Below, in pieces: positions 1 through 8,708 of a DNA stretch of 64,000 bases. Below the pieces are notes generated by a model, which saw only the letters and a program-made list of their open reading frames with translations, was not told the origin of the DNA and ran no database searches. The position numbers and the translations under genes are program-made. Every line of letters begins with the position of its first letter. Within the stretch, counting starts at the first letter, position 1. The stretch is taken from contig JAMPHZ010000007.1 in the NCBI GenBank assembly GCA_023663145.1, positions 23,028 to 87,027 on the forward strand, read 5' to 3'. Source of the stretch: Odoribacter sp. (lineage in GTDB: Bacteria; Bacteroidota; Bacteroidia; Bacteroidales; Muribaculaceae).

Positions 1-95
1 CCTGCGATGATGTCGCTGCGCAGGCGTTCAGATGAATAGTTGCTCAATGCGCTCCATAGCTTCGGGCGCAGATTGAGTGCTCCGGTAATACTCAT
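1..95 (-). CDS. SulP-family anion permease, N-terminal fragment running off the window edge (not in ORF track)
   Basis: Manual translation from ATG at 95: MSITGALNLRPKLWSALSNYSSERLRSDIIAG. This resembles the Bacteroidales SulP N-terminus (PKL..L..Y....F..D..AG). A minus-strand TAACTTTG promoter motif lies at about 160-167. Confidence 0.7.
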   Translation of the reverse strand, partial: MSITGALNLRPKLWSALSNYSSERLRSDIIA

Positions 96-199
96 GATTT
101 TATTTTGTCTTTTTTACTGTACCTTTTAGAAATGCCTCCTCCGGGGCTGTTTGCGGGTGCAAAGTTACGCCTAATTTTTCGATTTAGAAAAATTTTCAA

Positions 200-207
200 T
201 ATATTTG
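200..207 (+). promoter_or_regulatory. Bacteroidetes sigma-70 -7 element (TATATTTG) for dcp
   Basis: Matches TAnnTTTG about 45 nt upstream of the ATG at 251, back-to-back with the sulP promoter. Confidence 0.6.
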
Positions 208-250
208 CAAAAATTTTCACAACTCGTCATGAGTTTACACATTAATATAT

Positions 251-2335
251 ATGCAAAGATTAATTTTATTTTTAACGCTTTTTTTTCCGGTTATGCTAAA
301 TGCCCAGAATGTTTTCTTTGAAGACTTTAAGACAATACATGCGACCCCGCCATTCGCATCAATCGACAATTCGCAGTGGATGCCGGCCATTGAACGTGGC
401 ATTGATCTGGCTAAGGCGGAGGTGGCTGCCATCGTAAATAATGATGATGCCCCTACATTTGAAAATACAATTGAAGCTCTTGAACGCTCGGGTGAGGATC
501 TTAACCGGGTGCTCAACGTATTCTTTCCCCTTCTTTCGGCAGAGGCTGATGACGAGATGATGCAACTGTCGATGGAGGCATCGGCAAAGCTCAGTGAATA
601 TTCGACATCCCTTGTGCTTGATGAAGGATTATGGGAGCGGGTAAAGGCTGTGTGGGATAACCGCTCAAATATCTCTCTGACACCTGAACAAGAGATGCTT
701 CTCACCAATACATATGATTCTTTTGCCCTTGGCGGTGCCGAACTTCAAGGTGAGGCACGTGATGAGTTCCGTCGTCTGTCGGCTGAGTTGTCAGAACTTA
801 CCACCCGTTTTGGTCAGAATGTGCTCAAGGAGATGGGAACATATAAGATATGGCTTACCGAGAGTGATCTTTCCGGATTGCCTGAAAGTTCTATAGCGGC
901 AGCACGCGACGCCGCCGCTGCCGAGGGTCGGCAGGGTGAGTATCTCTTTACCCTTGACCAACCGGTATACATGGCATTCATGAAATATTCATCTCGGCGT
1001 GACCTTCGAGAGCGCATGTGGCGACTTTATTCCGGACGAAACACTTCCGGAGAGTATGATAACACTGCTATTATGGCACGGATAGCCGAAGTGCGCCGTC
1101 AGATAGCTAACCTTTTAGGTGCATCTACTTATGCCGAACATTCGTTGCAGCGCACTATGGCCAAGACCCCTGCCGGTGTTTATGATTTGCTTAACCGCCT
1201 GCGTGATGCTTATACGGAGCCAATGAAAGCTGAGATAACCCAACTTAATGAGTTCGCTTCGGGAGTTGAAGGCACAGCTTTTGAAATAATGCCATGGGAC
1301 TATTCATATTACGCAAATAAGTTCAAGGCAGCTAACTATAACTTCGATGAAGAGTTGTTACGGCCATACTTCGAGCTTGATAATGTGATTGACGGTGTTT
1401 TTGGGCTTGCCACCCGCCTGTATGGAGTGAAGTTTACCCACAATCCTGATATTCAGGTATATCATCCTGATGTAAAGGCCTTTGATGTTACCGATGGTAA
1501 TGGCGATTTTGTGGGTGTGATATATACCGATTTCTTTCCGCGCGCGGGGAAGCGCCCCGGTGCGTGGATGACCGGCTTCAGTGACCAGTTTGTAGATGAG
1601 CAAGGTGTTGATCATCGCCCTGTGGTTTCTATAGTTATGAACTTCACCAAACCAACCGCTGACACTCCGTCACTGCTCACTCCTTATGAGGTTGAGACAT
1701 TCCTGCATGAGTTTGGTCACGCGCTGCATGGTTTGCTCACTCGTGCCAGATATTCTTCGTTGTCAGGTACTTCGGTTTACCGCGACTTCGTTGAGTTACC
1801 CTCGCAGTTTAATGAAAACTATCTGACTGAAAAGGAATTCCTCGATGGATTTGCCCGCCATTATCAGACAGGAGAGCCTATTCCTGCGGAACTTATAGAC
1901 CGTCTTGTGGCATCGCAACAATATGGAGCTGCATATGCTTGCATGCGTCAACTTATGTTCGGATTCCTTGACATGGCATGGCACACAGCAACAGCGCCTG
2001 TGGAAGACGTGGTCGGATTTGAGAATAATGCGGTGGCCCCTGTGCAGATTTTTGCTCCTGTGGAGGGCGCTTTGGTCTCACCACAGTTCAGCCACATATT
2101 TTCGGGAGGTTATGCTGCCGGATATTACAGCTACAAGTGGGCTGAGGTTCTTGATGCTGACGCATTCTCGCTATTTAAGGAGAATGGAATCTTTGACCCG
2201 GCTACTGCTGAAAGCTTCCGCGTCAATATCCTTGAGCGCGGTGGTACGGAAGATCCGGCAGAACTTTACCGCCGTTTCCGCGGCCGGGATCCCGAGATTG
2301 ACGCGTTGTTGCAGCGCGACGGTATCAGAAAATGA
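251..2335 (+). CDS. dcp: M3-family metallopeptidase (peptidyl-dipeptidase Dcp) with signal peptide
   Basis: HEFGHALH zinc motif, DFVELPSQ, FSHIF..GYAAGYYSYKWAEVLDAD, RGGTEDP; 694 aa. Confidence 0.92.
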   Translation: MQRLILFLTLFFPVMLNAQNVFFEDFKTIHATPPFASIDNSQWMPAIERGIDLAKAEVAAIVNNDDAPTFENTIEALERSGEDLNRVLNVFFPLLSAEADDEMMQLSMEASAKLSEYSTSLVLDEGLWERVKAVWDNRSNISLTPEQEMLLTNTYDSFALGGAELQGEARDEFRRLSAELSELTTRFGQNVLKEMGTYKIWLTESDLSGLPESSIAAARDAAAAEGRQGEYLFTLDQPVYMAFMKYSSRRDLRERMWRLYSGRNTSGEYDNTAIMARIAEVRRQIANLLGASTYAEHSLQRTMAKTPAGVYDLLNRLRDAYTEPMKAEITQLNEFASGVEGTAFEIMPWDYSYYANKFKAANYNFDEELLRPYFELDNVIDGVFGLATRLYGVKFTHNPDIQVYHPDVKAFDVTDGNGDFVGVIYTDFFPRAGKRPGAWMTGFSDQFVDEQGVDHRPVVSIVMNFTKPTADTPSLLTPYEVETFLHEFGHALHGLLTRARYSSLSGTSVYRDFVELPSQFNENYLTEKEFLDGFARHYQTGEPIPAELIDRLVASQQYGAAYACMRQLMFGFLDMAWHTATAPVEDVVGFENNAVAPVQIFAPVEGALVSPQFSHIFSGGYAAGYYSYKWAEVLDADAFSLFKENGIFDPATAESFRVNILERGGTEDPAELYRRFRGRDPEIDALLQRDGIRK

Positions 2336-2814
2336 TTGGAGATGACGATAAATCAGCCGGGACGCTTAGCGCCCCGGCTATCATGAACTGTATAGCCCGC
2401 CGCGTAGCTTTGAAGCTGTGGTGGCTCATTGCCATTGCAGTGTGTACTATTGTGGCGGGCGCGGTTTATGACCTTAGGGTGTCGATTGTAGGGTTGATGC
2501 TGTTGCTCATTATATTCCCGATGATCATGACTTTTGCTGTGCTCGGTTATGCAACCATGCCGGCAGTTGTGGCGCTTACGCGTATGGAATCGGTACAAAT
2601 TTCCGATGAGTATCTGATAGCTATGGATTGCGAAGGAAATGTGATTGCGCGTGTGGAGCCGGCTCAGGTGCGGTCGTTGCATGCCGGTTCCGATATTATT
2701 AGAATTGTTTACGGCCGCGGGATTGCAGATATTTTGCCTGTGCCGAGGCGGTTGCTTGCTGCCGGAGATCTTGAAAAAATCTTTTCGACTTTCCAACCTC
2801 ATGTAGAGATGTGA
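2332..2814 (+). CDS. Hypothetical membrane protein (two N-terminal TM helices, YcxB-like layout)
   Basis: ATGA overlap with the dcp stop; hydrophobic N-terminal half followed by a small soluble domain. Confidence 0.55.
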   Translation: MIGDDDKSAGTLSAPAIMNCIARRVALKLWWLIAIAVCTIVAGAVYDLRVSIVGLMLLLIIFPMIMTFAVLGYATMPAVVALTRMESVQISDEYLIAMDCEGNVIARVEPAQVRSLHAGSDIIRIVYGRGIADILPVPRRLLAAGDLEKIFSTFQPHVEM

Positions 2815-2832
2815 CCGGTGTGTACGAAAGTA

Positions 2833-2886
2833 TATGTTTACAAAAAAAGGACGATCTTCTCAGACCATCCTTTTTTTGTAAACATA
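2833..2886. terminator. Bidirectional intrinsic terminator, 19-bp perfect inverted repeat
   Basis: TATGTTTACAAAAAAAGGA (2833-2851) / TCCTTTTTTTGTAAACATA (2868-2886), with A7/T7 tracts on both arms. Confidence 0.75.
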
Positions 2887-2995
2887 CTGTGTACTTAATG
2901 TTAGATTAATATGTCTATTCCAGATCTTTAATAAATTCCACTATGACGTGTGTAGTATTTTCTATGAAAAAGCATAGGTTGTCGTTTCATTTCCG
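2860..2995 (-). ncRNA. Candidate small RNA (or 20-aa sORF MKRQPMLFHRKYYTRHSGIY at 2990-2928)
   Basis: Minus-strand TACCTTTG at 3006-2999, a TTG about 19 nt upstream, and the 2833-2886 terminator downstream; no long ORF in between. Confidence 0.4.
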
Positions 2996-3351
2996 ATACA
3001 AAGGTAAGTATTAATTCTGAATTGGCAATATATGTGTATTATTAGCAAATTGTACGGAAATTGCCATATTTTAGTTTTTTTATAGAAAAATGTAGTTAAA
3101 ACAAAAGAAAAACCATGTTCGGGATGCACTTTTTATATGAAAACAGCTGTTTATTATTAAAAATATTCATACTATTAAAATGTGTTAAATATGCTGTAGG
3201 GGCTTTCTTTATGTTGTAAAACATACTTATTTAGCTGTATTTTATATCATTTGTGTGGCAAATTGATTATTAGGATATAGCGATTGTAATGGTATACTGA
3301 AGTGTTTGCTTACAATTTACAGCTTTTCTTATGAATAATGCACAAAAAGAA

Positions 3352-3383
3352 AGCCATCGACTGCCGGTTGGCTGCCGATGGCT
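3352..3383 (-). terminator. Intrinsic terminator of the amylase gene
   Basis: AGCCATCG/CGATGGCT stem followed on the minus strand by TTCTTTTTG. Confidence 0.65.
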
Positions 3384-3405
3384 CAGAGGTGTATTTATAT
3401 ACCGA

Positions 3406-4827
3406 TTATTTGCTGTAGAGGATATATGATTTTAGCGGTTTTACATTGCCGGTAAGTGTGCCTCCTTTTACTATGAAGTCTGTTGCGTTCACTACATCGC
3501 GGTATGTGCCGTCGGGCAGGGTGGTCTCTATTTTTATATTACGTTCCTTGTCACCCATGTTAATCAGGGCCGCTCCGGCATTCCCACGGCATATTTCCAC
3601 TACAGAGCCGCCGGCATCTGTATAAAGCTGCTCTGCTTCTCCCGACATGGCTGTCCGGAAGTTATTTGCTGCAACTACTTCAGGATGCATGAATTCGTCA
3701 TTGCCGCGGGCGCCGATGCGGTTGTTGCCCCAGTAGTTGTCACGTGTGCTGCCGGCAGGGCGGCTGAAGAACAGCGGGCGACCGTGCTGGCGGGCGGTCA
3801 GGAACACCCATCCGAGACGCATCTGAGTGTCAGTCATATCTGCGCTTTCATGAGCGTTGCAATATGTGTCATGGCTTTCGACCCATGTTACAAGCCGATC
3901 GGGCGAGAGGGTGTGGTGCCAGTTTTTGAGAAGATCGTCGTCAGCTGCACCTTTGCGGAGAGATTCGCGCAAGACATGTCCGTAAGAGCTTGCCGTCATA
4001 TCCATGTATTCGGCATATCCGGCCTCGGGTACGTTGCGATCCTGAAGCACTTCTCCATATATATACAGGCTGTCGGGCATAAGAAGCGATAAGCCTTTGA
4101 CTGCCTTGCGGCCGGTAGCGACATCCCAGAAATCGTTTTCCCGTGCTTTTGCGTCGAGAGGGTCAGACGGCAGTCCGATATGTTTGGCAGTGTCATATCT
4201 GAATCCTCGGGCCCCAAGATTGATCAGGTCATTGACGTATTGTAGGTAATAATATTGGAAATCGGGATTTTCTGTATTCACATCCGGAAGACCTCCCATT
4301 TCGCCGGTGGTGCATTCATACCGGTCGTTATAATCGCGGATGGGAGTGAATCCATTTGCGTGGTACAGGTTCTCGTGTCCACCCACGGCATTATCAAGGC
4401 CGGGTAGTACGGCCGTGTGATCAATTGCAGTGTGATTGGGGAGCACATCCACTATGATTTTAATGCCGTAGACATATGCGCTGTCGCACATGGCTTTGAA
4501 ATCGTCGCGGGTACCGAGCATATAATTGCCGATAGTCCAGTCAGTCGGTTGGTAGTAATAGTACCATTTGCCCATTACGGAGTCACCTTCTTCACTGAAC
4601 AGAGCCATTCCACCGCCATCGCCCACATAGCATGCCTGCACGGGAGAGGTTTGTACATAGTTGTAGCCGGCTGCAGCGATGTCGCGCATGTTGGCGGCTA
4701 TGGTATCGAGGGACCATGACCATGCGTGGAGTATTACTTCGTCTTCAGATGGAGATTGGGTTGGCGCAGCATTCACAGTACACGGAACGGTAATGGCTGC
4801 GGCAAGAAGCAGATGGGTGAGTTTCAT
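3406..4827 (-). CDS. Secreted alpha-amylase, GH13 (AmyE-like, probably subfamily 28)
   Basis: ILHAWSWS, VQTSP, DVLPNH, GFRYDTAKH (nucleophile), YGEVLQD (acid/base), WVESHD, PLFFSRP; these closely parallel B. subtilis AmyE as recalled. Signal peptide present. Confidence 0.88.
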   Translation of the reverse strand: MKLTHLLLAAAITVPCTVNAAPTQSPSEDEVILHAWSWSLDTIAANMRDIAAAGYNYVQTSPVQACYVGDGGGMALFSEEGDSVMGKWYYYYQPTDWTIGNYMLGTRDDFKAMCDSAYVYGIKIIVDVLPNHTAIDHTAVLPGLDNAVGGHENLYHANGFTPIRDYNDRYECTTGEMGGLPDVNTENPDFQYYYLQYVNDLINLGARGFRYDTAKHIGLPSDPLDAKARENDFWDVATGRKAVKGLSLLMPDSLYIYGEVLQDRNVPEAGYAEYMDMTASSYGHVLRESLRKGAADDDLLKNWHHTLSPDRLVTWVESHDTYCNAHESADMTDTQMRLGWVFLTARQHGRPLFFSRPAGSTRDNYWGNNRIGARGNDEFMHPEVVAANNFRTAMSGEAEQLYTDAGGSVVEICRGNAGAALINMGDKERNIKIETTLPDGTYRDVVNATDFIVKGGTLTGNVKPLKSYILYSK

Positions 4828-4982
4828 GTCAGATTATATTGAAGTGTAAGTTGTATGATGTACAAAATTAGTACAAATTCAGTAATTTTTAATCTAAAAC
4901 GAGCTTTCAGTTTGTTCAATTAACTTTTTTTATCTATCTTCGCGCATCTTTTGCTAAAAACCAATCGATATTATTAATTTTT

Positions 4983-6746
4983 ATGATTAAATCTTATTTC
5001 AAAGTCGGCGCGGCACTGTTATGCTTGCCACTGCTCGCCGGATGTGTCAACGACGATTATGATTTGTCGGATATTGACACTACTACCCGCATCACAATCA
5101 ATGACCTTACAATTCCGGTTAATATTGATGTAGTGACATTGGGTGACATTATCACATTTGATGAAGATTCCAAAATTCAGCCTGTTACGATCAATGGTCG
5201 TGAATTCTACGCTCTGCGTGAAAGCGGTAGTTTCGAGTCTGATGCCATTGAGATTGATAAGGTGACGGCTCCGGCTCCCACACTTTCTCCAACCACTGCT
5301 CATCTTGACCGAATGCCCTTGCCTCCGGTTGACATTCCCGGCGAAGTCACCATTAGTTACGAAATCACTCCTATGGGCAATGGTATAGTATATAATGCCG
5401 GCCATGTTGACGATGCTATTGTTGACCTTGAATTTATCAAGGCTTCTATGTCGCTTTCCATTCAGCTTGAGACACTTAATATACCCGGCGGCGTAAAGCG
5501 GGCCGTATTCACCGATGTTGTGATTCAATTACCCAAGGGACTCGACGCCGATCCTGAAGAGGGCTCTTATGATCCCGTTTCAGGCTTATGGAGCATTGCC
5601 CGTCATGAAGCCTCAGGCCAGTCAACACGTCTCATCATCAATGCTTCAGGTGTAGACTTCAAACAGGCCGGCGCCTCTATCCGTCCCGACCATACTTTCT
5701 ATTATGAAGGCGACTTCCGCATACTTCAAGGAGCCGTAACAATTGTGCCGGAGCCTACAACAATATCGCAATTACCTGCTTCGCTTGAGTTCCGTGCAAG
5801 CTATAGCGTGAGCGATATGGTTGCCACAAGCTTCACAGGTATGGTAAATTATAAGCTCGATGGCCTTGATATTGATCCGGTAAGCCTCAGTGATATTCCT
5901 GATTTCTTGTCGGGTGAGGGCACCAACATACGTTTGGCTAACCCGCAGATCTATCTGCAGGTCAACAATCCGGTTGCAGATGACAATCTTGATTGTTCGA
6001 CAGGTATTACACTCACAGCCATGCGCGACGGTGGCCATTCGCTAAGCTTTTCGCCTGATAACGGAGCGTTTACAATCGGACACAATGCTGCTGATAATAA
6101 ATACAACTTTGTACTTGCTCCCGATCTTGACAACCTAACCACTCCGGATGAATACGTTGCCGGTCTTGAATTCGTTGAGTTCTCAACTCTTACAGATCTG
6201 CTTGCCACTCCTGAGAACTATTCTGTATCGGGTCTGCCAACAAGCATAGGCATCCGTCTTGATGATCCGCAGATACCTCTGTCACGCGTGTCTGATTTTG
6301 CTTTAGGTCGCCAACTACCTGCGGTACATGGTTCATATGAACTGATCGCACCTCTGGCTCTTGAAGAAGGCTCACTAATTATATATACCGATACGCAGGA
6401 CGGTTGGAATGACGAAGACGTCGACGCTATCACAGTGTCAAAACTGTCACTTACTTTCACCGCTACCAACAGCACACCAATCAGTGCAGAGCTTTACGCA
6501 TGGCCCATTGATGTCAATGGTAACCGCATCAAGGGGGTTGAAATAAAGAGCTCGACTCTGCCGGCCAACTCGGAAGACGTACCCGTAACCATCGAGCTCA
6601 CAGGTGAAGTGAAGCATCTCGACGGCGTAGTGTTCGAGGCCCGCGTGAGTGGCAGCAAGGACAGCTCATCACTCACACCTGCGCAATCGATCACACTGCG
6701 CAATGTACGTGCCAATGTTTCCGGTTATTACGAAAAAGAATTCTAA
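4983..6746 (+). CDS. Surface lipoprotein (DUF4621-like), beta-rich
   Basis: Lipobox LLAG-C followed by acidic VNDDYDLSD, resembling the Bacteroidetes lipoprotein export signal. The DUF name is from recall only. Confidence 0.65.
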   Translation: MIKSYFKVGAALLCLPLLAGCVNDDYDLSDIDTTTRITINDLTIPVNIDVVTLGDIITFDEDSKIQPVTINGREFYALRESGSFESDAIEIDKVTAPAPTLSPTTAHLDRMPLPPVDIPGEVTISYEITPMGNGIVYNAGHVDDAIVDLEFIKASMSLSIQLETLNIPGGVKRAVFTDVVIQLPKGLDADPEEGSYDPVSGLWSIARHEASGQSTRLIINASGVDFKQAGASIRPDHTFYYEGDFRILQGAVTIVPEPTTISQLPASLEFRASYSVSDMVATSFTGMVNYKLDGLDIDPVSLSDIPDFLSGEGTNIRLANPQIYLQVNNPVADDNLDCSTGITLTAMRDGGHSLSFSPDNGAFTIGHNAADNKYNFVLAPDLDNLTTPDEYVAGLEFVEFSTLTDLLATPENYSVSGLPTSIGIRLDDPQIPLSRVSDFALGRQLPAVHGSYELIAPLALEEGSLIIYTDTQDGWNDEDVDAITVSKLSLTFTATNSTPISAELYAWPIDVNGNRIKGVEIKSSTLPANSEDVPVTIELTGEVKHLDGVVFEARVSGSKDSSSLTPAQSITLRNVRANVSGYYEKEF

Positions 6747-6761
6747 GCAATCTGCATCTAA

Positions 6762-8150
6762 TTGAAAATGAAAACATTCTTTAAATATATGTTGGCTGTG
6801 GCCGCTGCCGGCGCCACAGCTGCCGGGGCAATAGCCCAGACCACCAATTCGGGCTATTTCCTTGAAAATTACAACTACCGTTATCAGATGAATCCTGCGT
6901 TGGGCAACAGTGATAATTTCGTATCAATGCCTGCGCTCGGTGACCTCAATATAGCCATGCGGGGTAACCTTCACCTCTCAAGTGTTCTTTTCAACCGCAA
7001 TGGCCGCACGGTGCTCTTCACGAATCCCAATGTGTCAGTTGAGGAAGCTCTCAAAGGTATTCATGACCGCAACCGTCTTGGTGCTAATATAAAACTCAAT
7101 ATACTGAGCGCAGGTTTCAAGGCGTGGGGCGGCTATAACACTGTGTCTATTAACGCTGCGGCAAATATAAATGCCACATTGCCCGGGGCTTTCTTCTCAT
7201 TGGCTAAAGAAGGAATATCCAACAAGACTTATGATATAACCGACCTGCGTGCCAGCGCCATGGGTTACGGTGAGTTCGCATTGGGTCATTCTCGTGACAT
7301 AACTCAGGTGCCGGGTCTGCGTGTAGGTGCTACAGTTAAGTTCCTGGTGGGTGTTGCCAATGTCGATGCTTACTTCAACAACGCACATCTTGTACTTGGT
7401 GAAGACTCATGGACTGCCACTACCAACGCCGATATCTATGCCAATGTCGGCGGTTTCCAGTTTGATCACGAGATCAATGACAATACAGGTCGTGAATATG
7501 TGTCGGGTGCTAACCTTGACGGCGACGGTTCGATCGGTCCCAATGGTTTCGGTGTCGCTTTTGACCTTGGTGCGACTTACAAGTGGAGTGATTTTACATT
7601 CTCGCTTGCCGCAACTGATCTTGGCTTCATTAACTTCAGTGACACTCACTATGCCACCACTAACGGTGACCAGACGATCAATACCGACTCATATATCTTC
7701 AGTGCAAATGGCGATGCCTCCAATTCATTTGAGAATGAGTGGGATAAACTCAAGGGCGACCTTGACAAACTTTACCAGATGCAGGATCACGGCAACATAG
7801 GATCGCGATCGCGCAATCTTGCTGCCACTCTTAACGTAGGTGTTGAATATGAGTTCCCGCTCTATCGCAAGTTGCACTTCGGTGTGCTGAGCTCAACCCG
7901 GTTTGCTGGTAAATATACATGGACAGAGGCCCGTATCTCAGCCAATGTAAACCCTGTGAAATGTTTCTCGGCTGATGTGAATGTGGCATTCGGCACTTAT
8001 GGCGTCGGATTCGGTTGGTTGCTTAACCTTCACACCAAGGGTTTCAATCTCTTCCTTGGCATGGATCATACTCTTGGCGAGGTGAGCAAGCAGTTTGTGC
8101 CGCTCAACTCGAATGCTTCGGTTAATTTTGGTATAAACTTCCCGTTTTAA
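6762..8150 (+). CDS. Outer-membrane beta-barrel protein, DUF5723 family
   Basis: Signal peptide, N-terminal NYRYQMNPA, alternating beta-strands, C-terminal aromatic (GINFPF). Confidence 0.75.
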   Translation: MKMKTFFKYMLAVAAAGATAAGAIAQTTNSGYFLENYNYRYQMNPALGNSDNFVSMPALGDLNIAMRGNLHLSSVLFNRNGRTVLFTNPNVSVEEALKGIHDRNRLGANIKLNILSAGFKAWGGYNTVSINAAANINATLPGAFFSLAKEGISNKTYDITDLRASAMGYGEFALGHSRDITQVPGLRVGATVKFLVGVANVDAYFNNAHLVLGEDSWTATTNADIYANVGGFQFDHEINDNTGREYVSGANLDGDGSIGPNGFGVAFDLGATYKWSDFTFSLAATDLGFINFSDTHYATTNGDQTINTDSYIFSANGDASNSFENEWDKLKGDLDKLYQMQDHGNIGSRSRNLAATLNVGVEYEFPLYRKLHFGVLSSTRFAGKYTWTEARISANVNPVKCFSADVNVAFGTYGVGFGWLLNLHTKGFNLFLGMDHTLGEVSKQFVPLNSNASVNFGINFPF

Positions 8151-8167
8151 GATATTACTGAAATAAA

Positions 8168-8213
8168 ATTGACAGATAGGGTCCGGCCACCTGGCCGGAC
8201 CCTATCTGTCAAT
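8168..8213. terminator. 22-bp perfect inverted repeat with 2-nt loop downstream of the DUF5723 gene
   Basis: ATTGACAGATAGGGTCCGGCCA-CC-TGGCCGGACCCTATCTGTCAAT. Confidence 0.65.
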
Positions 8214-8298
8214 ACCTATCTTTTTATGATATAAATGTTCAAGAACCGATTTTTTAGTTAAAATGCAGATAACTGTTTGAAAATACATACCTAAATGC

Positions 8299-8623
8299 TA
8301 ACTTTGCATTCAAATTCATCCTGATTACCCTCCGCCGAGGGATGTGAGGGTGGGTTCAATTTATTGGATAAGCGTTTACAGCGCTCATTTTCGACACTCG
8401 GAAACTTCGCAACTTTCATAGAATCAGTCGGAAACGAAGCATGCAGTAGATGTCTTGCGGATATGTACATTATCATGTGTGTACGCTCCCGTTTGTGGGG
8501 CGCTCACATTGTATATACATATCGGCGTGAGGCTCTTCATGTTTGCTCGTTCTACTGATTCGGGCAATGCGAAGGCCTCTGAGTGTGAGAACGGGCAACA
8601 GTAGTGATTCTCACGCTTTTTTT
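8299..8623 (+). promoter_or_regulatory. Promoter plus long structured 5' leader ending in an intrinsic terminator (candidate attenuator/RNA switch) upstream of the LRR gene
   Basis: TAACTTTG at 8299-8306; multiple long-range complementary blocks; GTGTGAGAA/TTCTCACGC stem plus T7 at 8617-8623, 85 nt before the ATG at 8709. Confidence 0.6.
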
Positions 8624-8708
8624 ATGCAGATACATATTCCTTACTGCCTTAGAGAATCGGGTGGTTATCAAAATATTGATATTTTTAACCAATCAATTCT
8701 ATAAGTAA

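Noticed and set aside
8364-8558. 64-aa ORF (and antisense 8291-8476 ORF) in the LRR leader
   Set aside because: TTG start, no recognisable protein features, and the sequence is better explained by RNA pairing; a leader peptide cannot be fully excluded.
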